A stretch of 54,419 nucleotides of DNA from Solobacterium sp. (GTDB taxonomy: Bacteria > Bacillota_I > Bacilli_A > Erysipelotrichales > Erysipelotrichaceae): contig JAFOIT010000201.1 in the NCBI GenBank assembly GCA_017420585.1, forward strand, positions 1 through 54,419. The letters are read 5' to 3'. Below, one piece after another: positions 26,570 through 36,929 of this stretch. A program made the translations under genes and the position numbers. The notes under the pieces were generated by a model. The model saw only the letters and a program-made list of their open reading frames with translations. It had not been told where the DNA came from and ran no database searches. Numbering within the stretch: the stretch's first letter is position 1; each line of letters begins with the position of its first letter.

Positions 26570-27553
26570 TCAGAGGCTCCGCAGCAGATCCAGACCGGGA
26601 TTTTCCACATCAAGCAGCGCGTAATTGGTGCCGATGAACACGGCTGTCCTGTTCCGGCGGCTCAGGCCAAGCCAGGCACTGAAAGCACCCGCGCTGCCGG
26701 TATGCCAGGAAATGCCGTCGTCCGTCAGCCGCCAGGCAAGGCCACTTCTGAACCCTTTTTCGCCTTCACCCTGGACCTGGTGGCAGAGATCCAGGTACGG
26801 CCTGCTGTCATCCATCTGGATGGCCGCGTATTTCAGCATATCCGCAGCGGTTGAATTCAGGGCTCCGGACGCCATGATAATGTCACTCTTTTCCCACTGC
26901 CAGGTGGAACAGGGATTCCCTTTCCTGTCATAGCCGGTGATATCAACATTGCCGATCATCGTCTCCTGCAGACCCAGGTCATTCTGGATATAGTCATTCA
27001 TCAGATCCCAGTAATTGTTTTCCCCGATCACGCCGAGAATATAGCCGAGGATCCCGTAGCCGAGATTGGAATAGGCGAATTTATACTCCTTGTCCTTCAG
27101 CTTCGTTTCGGCAATCAGTTTCCGCATGGCAGCCTCGTCAAGGGTGCCGCGGAACGGATTGACATGCAGGAGGCCGTCCGGTTTATTCATGTTCGCAAAC
27201 CGGATGAGTGTTTCCAGCGTGCCGAAAGGCTTCCCGCCGTAACCGGACGAATGCACAGCCAGCCTGCGCAGGGAAGGATAGTACTGCTTCGGAAGGCCGT
27301 TGATATATTCGGAAATCGGCGCGTTGAGGTCTGCTTTCCCTTCCCGGACATACTTCGCAAGCAGTGAAGCGGTAAAGGTTTTGCAGATGGACCCAACAGG
27401 ATACGTAAGGGTTTCAGCGGATTCATTCTGTTCAGGATCAAGGTGAAGAATCTGTGTCTCCTCGTCCCGGAGAATGCCGAGGGTCATTTCCATGTGTGAT
27501 GTTTTCGGGTACAGTTTCCGGATGACCGGAGCGGCAGCTTCTCTGATATCCAT
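26570..27553 (-). CDS. serine hydrolase of the beta-lactamase class C/esterase family
   Basis: SxxK (GSICK), YxN (AYSN), HTG; no signal peptide. Confidence 0.85.
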   Translation of the reverse strand: MDIREAAAPVIRKLYPKTSHMEMTLGILRDEETQILHLDPEQNESAETLTYPVGSICKTFTASLLAKYVREGKADLNAPISEYINGLPKQYYPSLRRLAVHSSGYGGKPFGTLETLIRFANMNKPDGLLHVNPFRGTLDEAAMRKLIAETKLKDKEYKFAYSNLGYGILGYILGVIGENNYWDLMNDYIQNDLGLQETMIGNVDITGYDRKGNPCSTWQWEKSDIIMASGALNSTAADMLKYAAIQMDDSRPYLDLCHQVQGEGEKGFRSGLAWRLTDDGISWHTGSAGAFSAWLGLSRRNRTAVFIGTNYALLDVENPGLDLLRSL

Positions 27554-27738
27554 AATGATCTCCTTTATCTATATTTTCCGGTTTGCATATAGTGCTGTCT
27601 TTGTCCCCGTTACGGCGGTCAAACGGAATAATATCACTGCTGTCCGCCGTCTGCGGCAGCACAGATTTCCATGTATTGACAATGAAGATAAATCCTGATT
27701 TGTATTTCCTGGTCTTTTTTGAATGACAGCCGGCTCTT

Positions 27739-28095
27739 TCAGGATTCATTCTTCCCGGCAGTTTCGAGCCTGCCCAGCGCATCAGGATTGTTTCTGATAA
27801 TCGCCCCGACTTTTCCGCACGACTTCATTTCCGGGCAGCTGCCGCAGGTTTCCATCTTCCTGGCTGCAGCACAATGCCTGATCGGACATAAAGAATCACA
27901 GTACACAGTCTTTACTCCCGGAATCCGGCAGCCGGAACAGTTGATCATTTCCGGGGTGATTTCCGCGCCGTTAAGTATGGACCATTCCTTGGCGACTTTT
28001 ACCCGCAGATCATTATCGTTGTTTACTGTTGCCAGACGCGCTTCACAGGCCTCACAGTCCAGGCCGCAGTATGCAGTATAAGCATTCATAACCAT
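27739..28095 (-). CDS. DUF3795 Cys-rich protein
   Basis: YCGLDCEAC, CSGCR, CPIRHCA, CGSCPE. Confidence 0.8.
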   Translation of the reverse strand: MVMNAYTAYCGLDCEACEARLATVNNDNDLRVKVAKEWSILNGAEITPEMINCSGCRIPGVKTVYCDSLCPIRHCAAARKMETCGSCPEMKSCGKVGAIIRNNPDALGRLETAGKNES

Positions 28096-28163
28096 AGCCC
28101 TCTTCCCTTCATTTTACACTTCTATGTTTTCATAATATACATTGAAAAGAAGCTTATGTGCCT

Positions 28164-28676
28164 TTACATGATATTGATCCAGTATCTTTGTTCCGCAACA
28201 CCGTCAACAACGATTTCATTTTCGAGAATGCCGCCGTTGTTGATGATGCTTTTGGCCGATCCGACATTATCCCTGTCACATACCATAAGCACCTTGCGGA
28301 TACCCAGTTCCCTGCATTTTTCCAGCGCCAGCGTAATCATGGCTGTGGCATAGCCCTTTTTTCTCTCACTTGGCCTGATGCCGACGCCTATATGCCCGCC
28401 GTTTAATAACAGCCGCTCGTTCAGACAGTGTCTTATATTCACAGCGCCGACGATTACATTTCTGTCCGTATCAAAACAGAAATAAGTCGAATCCGGCACA
28501 AGCCCTTCCTGCGGTTCGGTAACTTCAAGCGAGGCAAGATACTTTTCAAAATCATGATAGTCTGTCTTGCGGATGGCATACGGAATAATTTTCTCGCCGG
28601 TCATTGTCCATTCATCCATCATCTCGGAAATCTGTCTTCTGTATTTTTCCTCACCTTTTACCAGCACCAGGTTCAT
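28164..28676 (-). CDS. GNAT N-acetyltransferase (COG3981-like)
   Basis: GGHIGVGIRPSERKKGYAT, CDRDNVGSAKSI; GAGGTG SD before ATG 28676. Confidence 0.87.
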   Translation of the reverse strand: MNLVLVKGEEKYRRQISEMMDEWTMTGEKIIPYAIRKTDYHDFEKYLASLEVTEPQEGLVPDSTYFCFDTDRNVIVGAVNIRHCLNERLLLNGGHIGVGIRPSERKKGYATAMITLALEKCRELGIRKVLMVCDRDNVGSAKSIINNGGILENEIVVDGVAEQRYWINIM

Positions 28677-28944
28677 GGTTTCACCTCTTTGCGCGCTGCT
28701 GCAGCGCCTGGGACAGCATGACTGCCGTTCTTCATATAATTGAATCTCATCGTCCAGGGATTCCATCCGGTGCCGGCACCGGGCATCATCCATGACCGCT
28801 TTCATTGTATCAATATAAAAAACGGGTTTGCAGATGCTGTCTCCCCGTTTTTCGTTTTTTGCCTGTAAGGCGTTCTCCCAGGTCATCGATTTTCCCCATG
28901 GCCTGCAGTCTGAAGATCATCTTTCCCAAAAACGCCGGCCAGTC

Positions 28945-29139
28945 TCAGACACCCGGCCGGTGTGCCTTTTCAACTTCCTTAATGAATTGTTCTGTGTTTT
29001 CCCCGATCAGGCCGCCGTGTCCCATGTCTTCGAAAATCCTGAAGGTGAATGGGTAATCCTTTTCTTTCAGTTCCATCAGGCCGGCCGAAAGCTTTTTGTC
29101 CACGGTTCCTTTGATTCCGTACCAGATATGCATATCCGT
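28945..29139 (-). pseudogene. C-terminal remnant of an alpha/beta hydrolase
   Basis: (TD)MHIWYG...FEDMGHGGL resembles the hydrolase tail with the catalytic His; the N-terminal part is replaced by repA sequence. Confidence 0.6.
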
Positions 29140-29267
29140 AGACCATAAAGGAACTTCGCCTCAACAGATATATCCTTGAACTGCTCGCTGGTGATCAGCA
29201 GCTTCAGGATCCGATAGAACTGATACTGCTCGGCATCTTCCGGTCCGTAGAAATAGTTAAACTCCAT
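29138..29267 (-). pseudogene. repA: truncated replication initiator RepA (RepA_N) of an ICE/IME
   Basis: MEFNYFYGPEDAEQYQFYRILKLLITSEQFKDISVEAKFLYGL matches the RepA_N start; AAGGAGG SD; similarity stops after about 43 codons. Confidence 0.78.
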
Positions 29268-29302
29268 CTGCTCTCCTCCTTTCTCAAATCTTCTTTAAAC
29301 GC

Positions 29303-29345
29303 AAAAATGACGTTTACTCTCCGCGAAATGCAGAAAATAAACGTC
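29303..29345 (-). terminator. terminator/attenuator hairpin directly upstream of repA
   Basis: Minus strand GACGTTTATTTTCTGC-ATTTC-GCGGAGAGTAAACGTC-ATTTTT, a 16-bp stem with G-U pairs. Confidence 0.7.
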
Positions 29346-29516
29346 CATAATCAACGTGGTACTCTATTGTCTATAAGTCCTCGAGTTTTGTTCCTACAGT
29401 AACGAGTTCAATTACTATAGACACCCGAACGTACTTTTCGAGGCGTTTTCCACGCTTCGGCCAGTCGGTCTCACCGAAGGTAAAATGCTCGTAAAAGTGC
29501 TTAAAATAAAGGATTT

Positions 29517-30848
29517 CTACGAGTTCAACTTTTGTAGCAACACTATAGTCTCGATGTGCAGGGTGCCCGGGAACATGTCCACGGGCTGCACGCTCTGCAC
29601 TTCATAACCCTTTTCACGCATATATGCACAGTCCCGGGCCAGGGTGGCCGGATCACATGACACATAAACCAGTTTCTGCGGGGCGATGCGGACAATGGCA
29701 TCCAGGGTATCCTGGGTGCATCCCTTGCGGGGCGGGTCAACGATGACCACATCGGCTTTGACCTGGTTCCGGAGCAGCTGTCTTGCCCCGGTGTTGGCAT
29801 CCGCTGTCATGAACTCGATATTCCTGACCCCGTTGCGTTCCGCGTTGATCCGGGCATCCTTTATTGCGTCGGCCACGATTTCAATGCCGTATACCTGTTT
29901 TGCCTGCGCGGCTGCGAGGATGCCGATGGTGCCGGTGCCGCAGTACAGGTCAATGACTGTTTCCTTCCCGGTCAGCCCGGCTGTCTCCACTGCCTTGCCA
30001 TAGAGCACAGCGGTGCTGTACGGATTGATCTGAAAGAACGAGCGGGCACTGATGCGGAAGGTCCTTCCCAGCAGTTCCTCCTCGATATACCCGGGGCCGC
30101 TGAGGATAACCTCCTTGCCGTCCAGGATCACATTGTCTTCCCGCCGGTTGATGATGCAGGAGATGCTTTTGACCTGCGGGTATTTCTTCTGAATCCGCCG
30201 CAGCAGCTCATCCGCTCCGCGGAACGGATAATGCCGGACGATCATGCAGATCATGGCCTGCCCGCTGTTATGGGCGTGCCTTATAAGCACATGGCGGAAT
30301 TCGTCCGCGCAGCGCAGTTCCTTCAGCCAGCGGCGCAGGTCCCCGGTCACGTCATTGGAAAAATCTGTCTGCACCAGGCAGCGGTCGTATTCAACGATAT
30401 CGTTGGTCCGGTTGCGGTAAAAGCCCATCAGCACCTGGCCGCGGCTGTACTGCACCGGCACCTGCACCTTGTTGCGGTAAGCCGTCTGTTCCGGCGTATA
30501 CAGGATTGGCAGGATATCCACTTCCATGCCGGCATTCTGGCGGAAACAGTTCCTGACTTTGTCTTCCTTGAACGCGTGCTGCTCGGTGATGTCCATATGC
30601 ATCAGCTGGCAGCCGCCGCACTGCCTGTAGACACTGCAGGCAGGTTCCCGGCGGTGTGCCGATTTCTTCAGCAGCCGGACAATCCGGGCATAGCCGTAGT
30701 TTTTCTTCATGGCCGTGATGCCGAGTTCCGCTTCCTCCCCGGCAATCAGCCCGGGCACGAAGAAAACCATGTCCCCGGCATGAACCACGCCGGCCCCGTC
30801 AAATGTGTAGCCGCTGCAGACTGCTGTAAATGTATCGTTCTTCTTCAT
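29517..30848 (-). CDS. rlmD: 23S rRNA m5U1939 methyltransferase RlmD (RumA)
   Basis: TRAM domain, C..Y..CGGC Fe-S motif, SFFQIN, DLYCGTG, VDPPRKG, YVSCDPATLARD, DMFPGT.HIE; ATG 30848 preferred to TTG 30854. Confidence 0.95.
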   Translation of the reverse strand: MKKNDTFTAVCSGYTFDGAGVVHAGDMVFFVPGLIAGEEAELGITAMKKNYGYARIVRLLKKSAHRREPACSVYRQCGGCQLMHMDITEQHAFKEDKVRNCFRQNAGMEVDILPILYTPEQTAYRNKVQVPVQYSRGQVLMGFYRNRTNDIVEYDRCLVQTDFSNDVTGDLRRWLKELRCADEFRHVLIRHAHNSGQAMICMIVRHYPFRGADELLRRIQKKYPQVKSISCIINRREDNVILDGKEVILSGPGYIEEELLGRTFRISARSFFQINPYSTAVLYGKAVETAGLTGKETVIDLYCGTGTIGILAAAQAKQVYGIEIVADAIKDARINAERNGVRNIEFMTADANTGARQLLRNQVKADVVIVDPPRKGCTQDTLDAIVRIAPQKLVYVSCDPATLARDCAYMREKGYEVQSVQPVDMFPGTLHIETIVLLQKLNS

Positions 30849-30855
30849 AATCAAT

Positions 30856-30880
30856 AAAAAGGCATGTTGCCATGCCTTTG
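30856..30880 (-). terminator. terminator-like hairpin immediately before rlmD
   Basis: Minus strand AAAGGCATG-GCAA-CATGCCTTT-TT. Confidence 0.65.
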
Positions 30881-30881
30881 T

Positions 30882-31562
30882 TCAGTTGGTTCCTTCTTCC
30901 GTGTCCTCGCCGCCGACTGTCATTTCATCGGTTTCTTCCGGCGTCGGGGTCGGATTGTTCCGCTGCTCCACGGCATCGCGCAGCTGCTGGGCCAGTTCCG
31001 CATTGACCGGCTCACTGACCAGCTGGGTCACCGGTTCTGCCATATAGGATGTCTTGGTTTCAATTGCGTAGGCAAACGCGTCGGAATCCCGGTCTTTTGC
31101 CAGATTGTAGACATGGACTTCCACGTCATACATCTTCATGTTGTCATGCTGGCTGAAATAGACCGCCGGATCCAGCACGGATGCTACCGCATTGTATACT
31201 TCGGAGCATCTCGCCACGACCGTGTCGCCGCCGGCGCTGTCTTCGATATCCGCATAGACCCGCAGCGTGCCGGAAGCCAGCTGCACATCCACGCTCTCGA
31301 CACCGGTTACGTTCTTCACGTCGTTTTTGATATCCGCCAGCTGGTCTTTGGTGATCGCCGGATTCAGGTCATCCTTGAAGCGGTCACCGACCACCGGCTT
31401 GCCGGTATCCATGGCAGCGGAAATCAGCACCCAGCCGAAAATCCCGGCCGGGATGAGAATCAGAGCCAGACACACCCAGAAAATTACAGCCGTACGGTTG
31501 CCTTTTCTTCTCTTCCGGGTTTTTGTATTCGTTGTTTTTTTCTTTTTCTTTGTCGTTGTCAT
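30882..31562 (-). CDS. hypothetical single-pass membrane protein
   Basis: Basic N-terminus, one TM helix, acidic tail; own TGGTATAAT upstream. Confidence 0.75.
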   Translation of the reverse strand: MTTTKKKKKTTNTKTRKRRKGNRTAVIFWVCLALILIPAGIFGWVLISAAMDTGKPVVGDRFKDDLNPAITKDQLADIKNDVKNVTGVESVDVQLASGTLRVYADIEDSAGGDTVVARCSEVYNAVASVLDPAVYFSQHDNMKMYDVEVHVYNLAKDRDSDAFAYAIETKTSYMAEPVTQLVSEPVNAELAQQLRDAVEQRNNPTPTPEETDEMTVGGEDTEEGTN

Positions 31563-31613
31563 ATTTTACCTGCAACGTTTATTGTAACGTGTCGGCTCTG
31601 ATTATACCATATG

Positions 31614-33044
31614 TCAGCCGATTCTCTTTTTTAACATTTCCTGAATCAGCCCGTTGACCATGCCCGGGTTGGCCTTGCCGGCAGATGCCTTCATGACCTG
31701 GCCAACCAGGAAGCCGACCGCCTTGTTTTTACCGGCCGCATAGTCCGCAATCGCCTGCGGGTTGGCATCCAGCACCTGGGCAATAATCGCCTCGATGGCA
31801 CCGGCGTCGCTGACCTGCTCCAGGCCGCGGTCTTTCGCTGCCTGCACCGGATCCTTGCCGGCCATCAGATCATCGAGCAGTTCCTTGGCCTGCTTGGAGG
31901 AGATCCGGCCTTCATCGATCAGCCCGACGAACGCAGCCAGATGCGCCGGGGTCAGGGCACTGTTTTCAATCGCCTGGCCGTTCTTGTTCAGCCAGCCGCT
32001 GATATCCGACAGCAGCCAGTTGCACACACCCTTGGCGTTCTTGCTGAGGGTCATGGTCTTTTCATAGAACTCAGCCATTTCCTTGTTGGCAATCAGGATG
32101 CCGATATCATGGGAACTCAGGCCGTATTCTTCCGCATAGCGGACCCGCTTTTCATCCGGCAGTTCCGGCATGTTGTCCTGAATTTCCTTAATCCATTCTG
32201 CACTGAGCCGGATCGGCGGGATATTCGGTTCCGGGAAATACTTGTAGTCAACAACGCCTTCCTTCTTCCGCATCAGGACCGTCTCGTTGATCTTGTCATC
32301 GAACCGCCGGGTTTCCTGCACAATGGTCCCGCCGGACTCGTAGATGGCCTTCTGCCGGGCAATTTCAAAGTCGATCGCCTTGCCGACATTGGAAATCGAG
32401 TTGATGTTCTTGATCTCGTTCTTTGTGCCGAGATGATCCGCCCCGGCCGGGGCCAGGGAGATATTGACGTCACAGCGCATGGAGCCCTCTTCCATCTTGG
32501 CATCGGAAGCGCCGATATAGTACAGCGTCTGCCGCAGGGCTTCCACGTAGGCTTCAGCTTCCTGACCGGTCGACATATCCGGTTCGGAGACAATTTCAAT
32601 CAGCGGCACACCGCTGCGGTTGAAGTCCATCAGTGTCTTGTCATTCATATGGAACTGCTTGGCAGTATCCTCTTCCATATGGATCCGGTTGATGCGGACC
32701 TTCTTCTTGCCTTCCGGGGTATCGATCATCAGATAGCCGTTGCGGCCCAGCGGGTGGAACTGCTGGGTGATCTGGAAGCCTTTGGCCAGATCGGAGTAGA
32801 AGTAGTTCTTGCGGTCAAACCGGACCAGCGGATCCAGGGTCAGATGGAACGCCGTGCAGGCCTGGATGGCCTTGCGGACGCCCTCTTCGTTGAGTTCCGG
32901 CAGGGTTCCCGGCATTGCCAGGTCAATGGCGCAGGTACCGGCATTCGCCTCCAGGCCGAATTCATTCGGCGCCCCGGAGAACATGCCGCTCTTTGTCTTC
33001 AGTTCACAGTGGATTTCAATGCCTATGGTTGCTTTGTATTCCAT
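31614..33044 (-). CDS. gatB: Asp/Glu-tRNA amidotransferase subunit B
   Basis: IGIEIHCEL, FDRKNYFYSDL, RIHMEEDTAK, GSMRCDVNIS, YKYFPEP, GKANP. Confidence 0.97.
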   Translation of the reverse strand: MEYKATIGIEIHCELKTKSGMFSGAPNEFGLEANAGTCAIDLAMPGTLPELNEEGVRKAIQACTAFHLTLDPLVRFDRKNYFYSDLAKGFQITQQFHPLGRNGYLMIDTPEGKKKVRINRIHMEEDTAKQFHMNDKTLMDFNRSGVPLIEIVSEPDMSTGQEAEAYVEALRQTLYYIGASDAKMEEGSMRCDVNISLAPAGADHLGTKNEIKNINSISNVGKAIDFEIARQKAIYESGGTIVQETRRFDDKINETVLMRKKEGVVDYKYFPEPNIPPIRLSAEWIKEIQDNMPELPDEKRVRYAEEYGLSSHDIGILIANKEMAEFYEKTMTLSKNAKGVCNWLLSDISGWLNKNGQAIENSALTPAHLAAFVGLIDEGRISSKQAKELLDDLMAGKDPVQAAKDRGLEQVSDAGAIEAIIAQVLDANPQAIADYAAGKNKAVGFLVGQVMKASAGKANPGMVNGLIQEMLKKRIG

Positions 33045-33045
33045 C

Positions 33046-34458
33046 TTATTTCACCTCCGCTGTCAGGCCCTTGAGACCGGTGATTTCCTCCACGGCCTTG
33101 GCAACATTGAACATGGTAATTTCATCAAACGGCTTCGCCGAAATGCTGATGCCGAGCGGGCAGCCCTGATCAAATCCCATCGGTACGGACATGGACGGGG
33201 AACCGTTGAAGTTCTCCAGGTCCAGATGGCCGCCGGTAACCAGATTGTAGTCACTCAGCGGGTCAGCCCCCGGATCATCGAAGCGCGGGGCGATATCGCC
33301 GTCGGTCGGTGCCAGGATCGCGTCGTATTCCTCGAGGCAGCCGTTGATTTCCCGGCAGATCAGCCGTCTGACCTTCTTGGCCTTGCCGAGGATCTTTTCC
33401 TGATTCTCGCCATCCAGCGCAAAGGCCCCGATGGTGAACCGTCTGCGGATCATCTTGTTGAAATTCTTTGTCCGGGTATTCATCATGATGTCTTCGGTGG
33501 TCTCGCCCGGTTCCCGCACCCCGAAGCGCATGCCGTCCAGATCAGCATTGTTGCTGGAGGCTTCGGCATTGGCGATCGCGTAGTATGCCGGCAGTACCGC
33601 CCGCATGATCTTCTGGTCAAAGTAGACAACATCCACCTGGGCCCCGCGTTCCTTCAGCTTCTCGACGATGCCGTTGAAGACCTTGCGGACATTGTCATTC
33701 AGCAGGCCGTCCATGACGTTGCCGAGCACTGCCAGCTTCTTCCCGTGCATGTCGGAATTCAGGTTGGCGAGGTAATCCGGGATTTCCACATCCGCGCTGG
33801 TCATGTCGCGGCTGTCCCGGCCGGCTACTGCCTGCAGCGCAATGCAGGCATCCTCGACACTCCTGGTGATCACGCCGAGGGTATCCAGGCTGGAAGCGTA
33901 AGGCACACAGCCATAGCGGCTGATCAGGCCGTAGGTCGGCTTGACGCCGATGACCCCGCACCAGGCCGCCGGCTTGCGGATGCTGTCACCGGTATCGGAA
34001 CCGATGGCCATCGGCACCGCCCCGGCCGCCACCAGCGCCACACTGCCGCCGGAAGAGCCGCCCGGAATCCGGTTTTCATCCCATGGGTTGTGCACCGGGC
34101 CGGTAAACGCGGTTGTATTGGCACCGCCCATGGCCAGCTCATCCATGCTGGTCTTGCAGATCATGACGGCGCCTTCCTTCTTCAGGTTCTCGACAATAGT
34201 GGAATCATACGGCGGCACAAAATCCCGCAGGATGGCAGAGCCCGCTGTTGTCAGGATGCCCTTTGTGCAGCAGTTGTCCTTGACCGCCACTGGTACGCCC
34301 CGCAACAGTCCTTCCGCCGGCAGGCTGGCCAGCTGTTCTTCCGGGTCAATGAATGTGATGACGGCATTCAGTTTCGGCTGCAGGGCCTGGGTATCCGCAT
34401 AGGCTTTACGGCATACTTCCGCTGCCGCTTCCCGGTTTTCTCTGATTTCCTTAATCAT
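33046..34458 (-). CDS. gatA: Asp/Glu-tRNA amidotransferase subunit A
   Basis: VAVKDN, PGGSSGGS, GSDTGDSIRKPA amidase signature. Confidence 0.95.
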   Translation of the reverse strand: MIKEIRENREAAAEVCRKAYADTQALQPKLNAVITFIDPEEQLASLPAEGLLRGVPVAVKDNCCTKGILTTAGSAILRDFVPPYDSTIVENLKKEGAVMICKTSMDELAMGGANTTAFTGPVHNPWDENRIPGGSSGGSVALVAAGAVPMAIGSDTGDSIRKPAAWCGVIGVKPTYGLISRYGCVPYASSLDTLGVITRSVEDACIALQAVAGRDSRDMTSADVEIPDYLANLNSDMHGKKLAVLGNVMDGLLNDNVRKVFNGIVEKLKERGAQVDVVYFDQKIMRAVLPAYYAIANAEASSNNADLDGMRFGVREPGETTEDIMMNTRTKNFNKMIRRRFTIGAFALDGENQEKILGKAKKVRRLICREINGCLEEYDAILAPTDGDIAPRFDDPGADPLSDYNLVTGGHLDLENFNGSPSMSVPMGFDQGCPLGISISAKPFDEITMFNVAKAVEEITGLKGLTAEVK

Positions 34459-34754
34459 TATTTCACCACCCTCGGAATCACAATGTGTCCGGCCAGGGTT
34501 TCCTTCGCGTTCATCAGCGCTTCTTCCTGGGTCAGCACATCGGTTACTTCGTCCTTACGCATGTAGGTTGTCTCGTCTTCAAACGGCCAGGTAGCTTCCT
34601 CGACGCCTTCGGTATCCACTTCGTCGAGCACTGCCAGCTGTTTCCGGATCGTTTCGAATTCCTTTACGATCCAGTCTGCTTCTTCCCCCGGAAAATCAAA
34701 CATGAGTGATCTTGCCAGGCTCAGTAAGTACTCCTTTTCCTGATTCTTGTCCAT
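34458..34754 (-). CDS. gatC: Asp/Glu-tRNA amidotransferase subunit C
   Basis: VDTEGVE, MRKDEV, IPRVV; TAATG coupling to gatA. Confidence 0.9.
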   Translation of the reverse strand: MDKNQEKEYLLSLARSLMFDFPGEEADWIVKEFETIRKQLAVLDEVDTEGVEEATWPFEDETTYMRKDEVTDVLTQEEALMNAKETLAGHIVIPRVVK

Positions 34755-34782
34755 ACTGTTTTCTCCGTTTCCTGTCTATCTT

Positions 34783-34811
34783 ATTCTAAAGAAGCCTGTG
34801 CAGGCGGTCAA
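34783..34811 (-). promoter_or_regulatory. gatCAB promoter
   Basis: TTGACC, 17 bp spacer, TAGAAT. Confidence 0.65.
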
Positions 34812-34813
34812 CT

Positions 34814-36832
<2,019 letters not shown>

Positions 36833-36929
36833 TTATACTATGGGACGCCGTTGTTTCCTCAGCCGAAATTAGCCGCAGTGCTGACTTTACCGGCCTGCAT
36901 CGGGTACAATGACAGAAAGGAATCCTTAC

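Larger units (their letters stand above)
28945..29556 (-). mobile_element. end remnant of an rlmD(rumA)-integrated ICE-like element with internal deletion; cargo probably extends toward ~22.4 kb
   Basis: AT-rich replaced rlmD tail (ETIVLLQKLNS), structured 250-bp leader, repA fragment, lower-GC accessory genes beyond; no recombinase left. Confidence 0.68.

Noticed and set aside
26570-27553. True beta-lactamase
   Set aside because: No signal peptide; SxxK/YxN/HTG motifs are shared with esterases and peptidases
27570-27600. GCAAACC..GAAA resembling a c-di-GMP-I riboswitch (minus strand)
   Set aside because: No closing helix or downstream GCAAAG/P2-P3 elements
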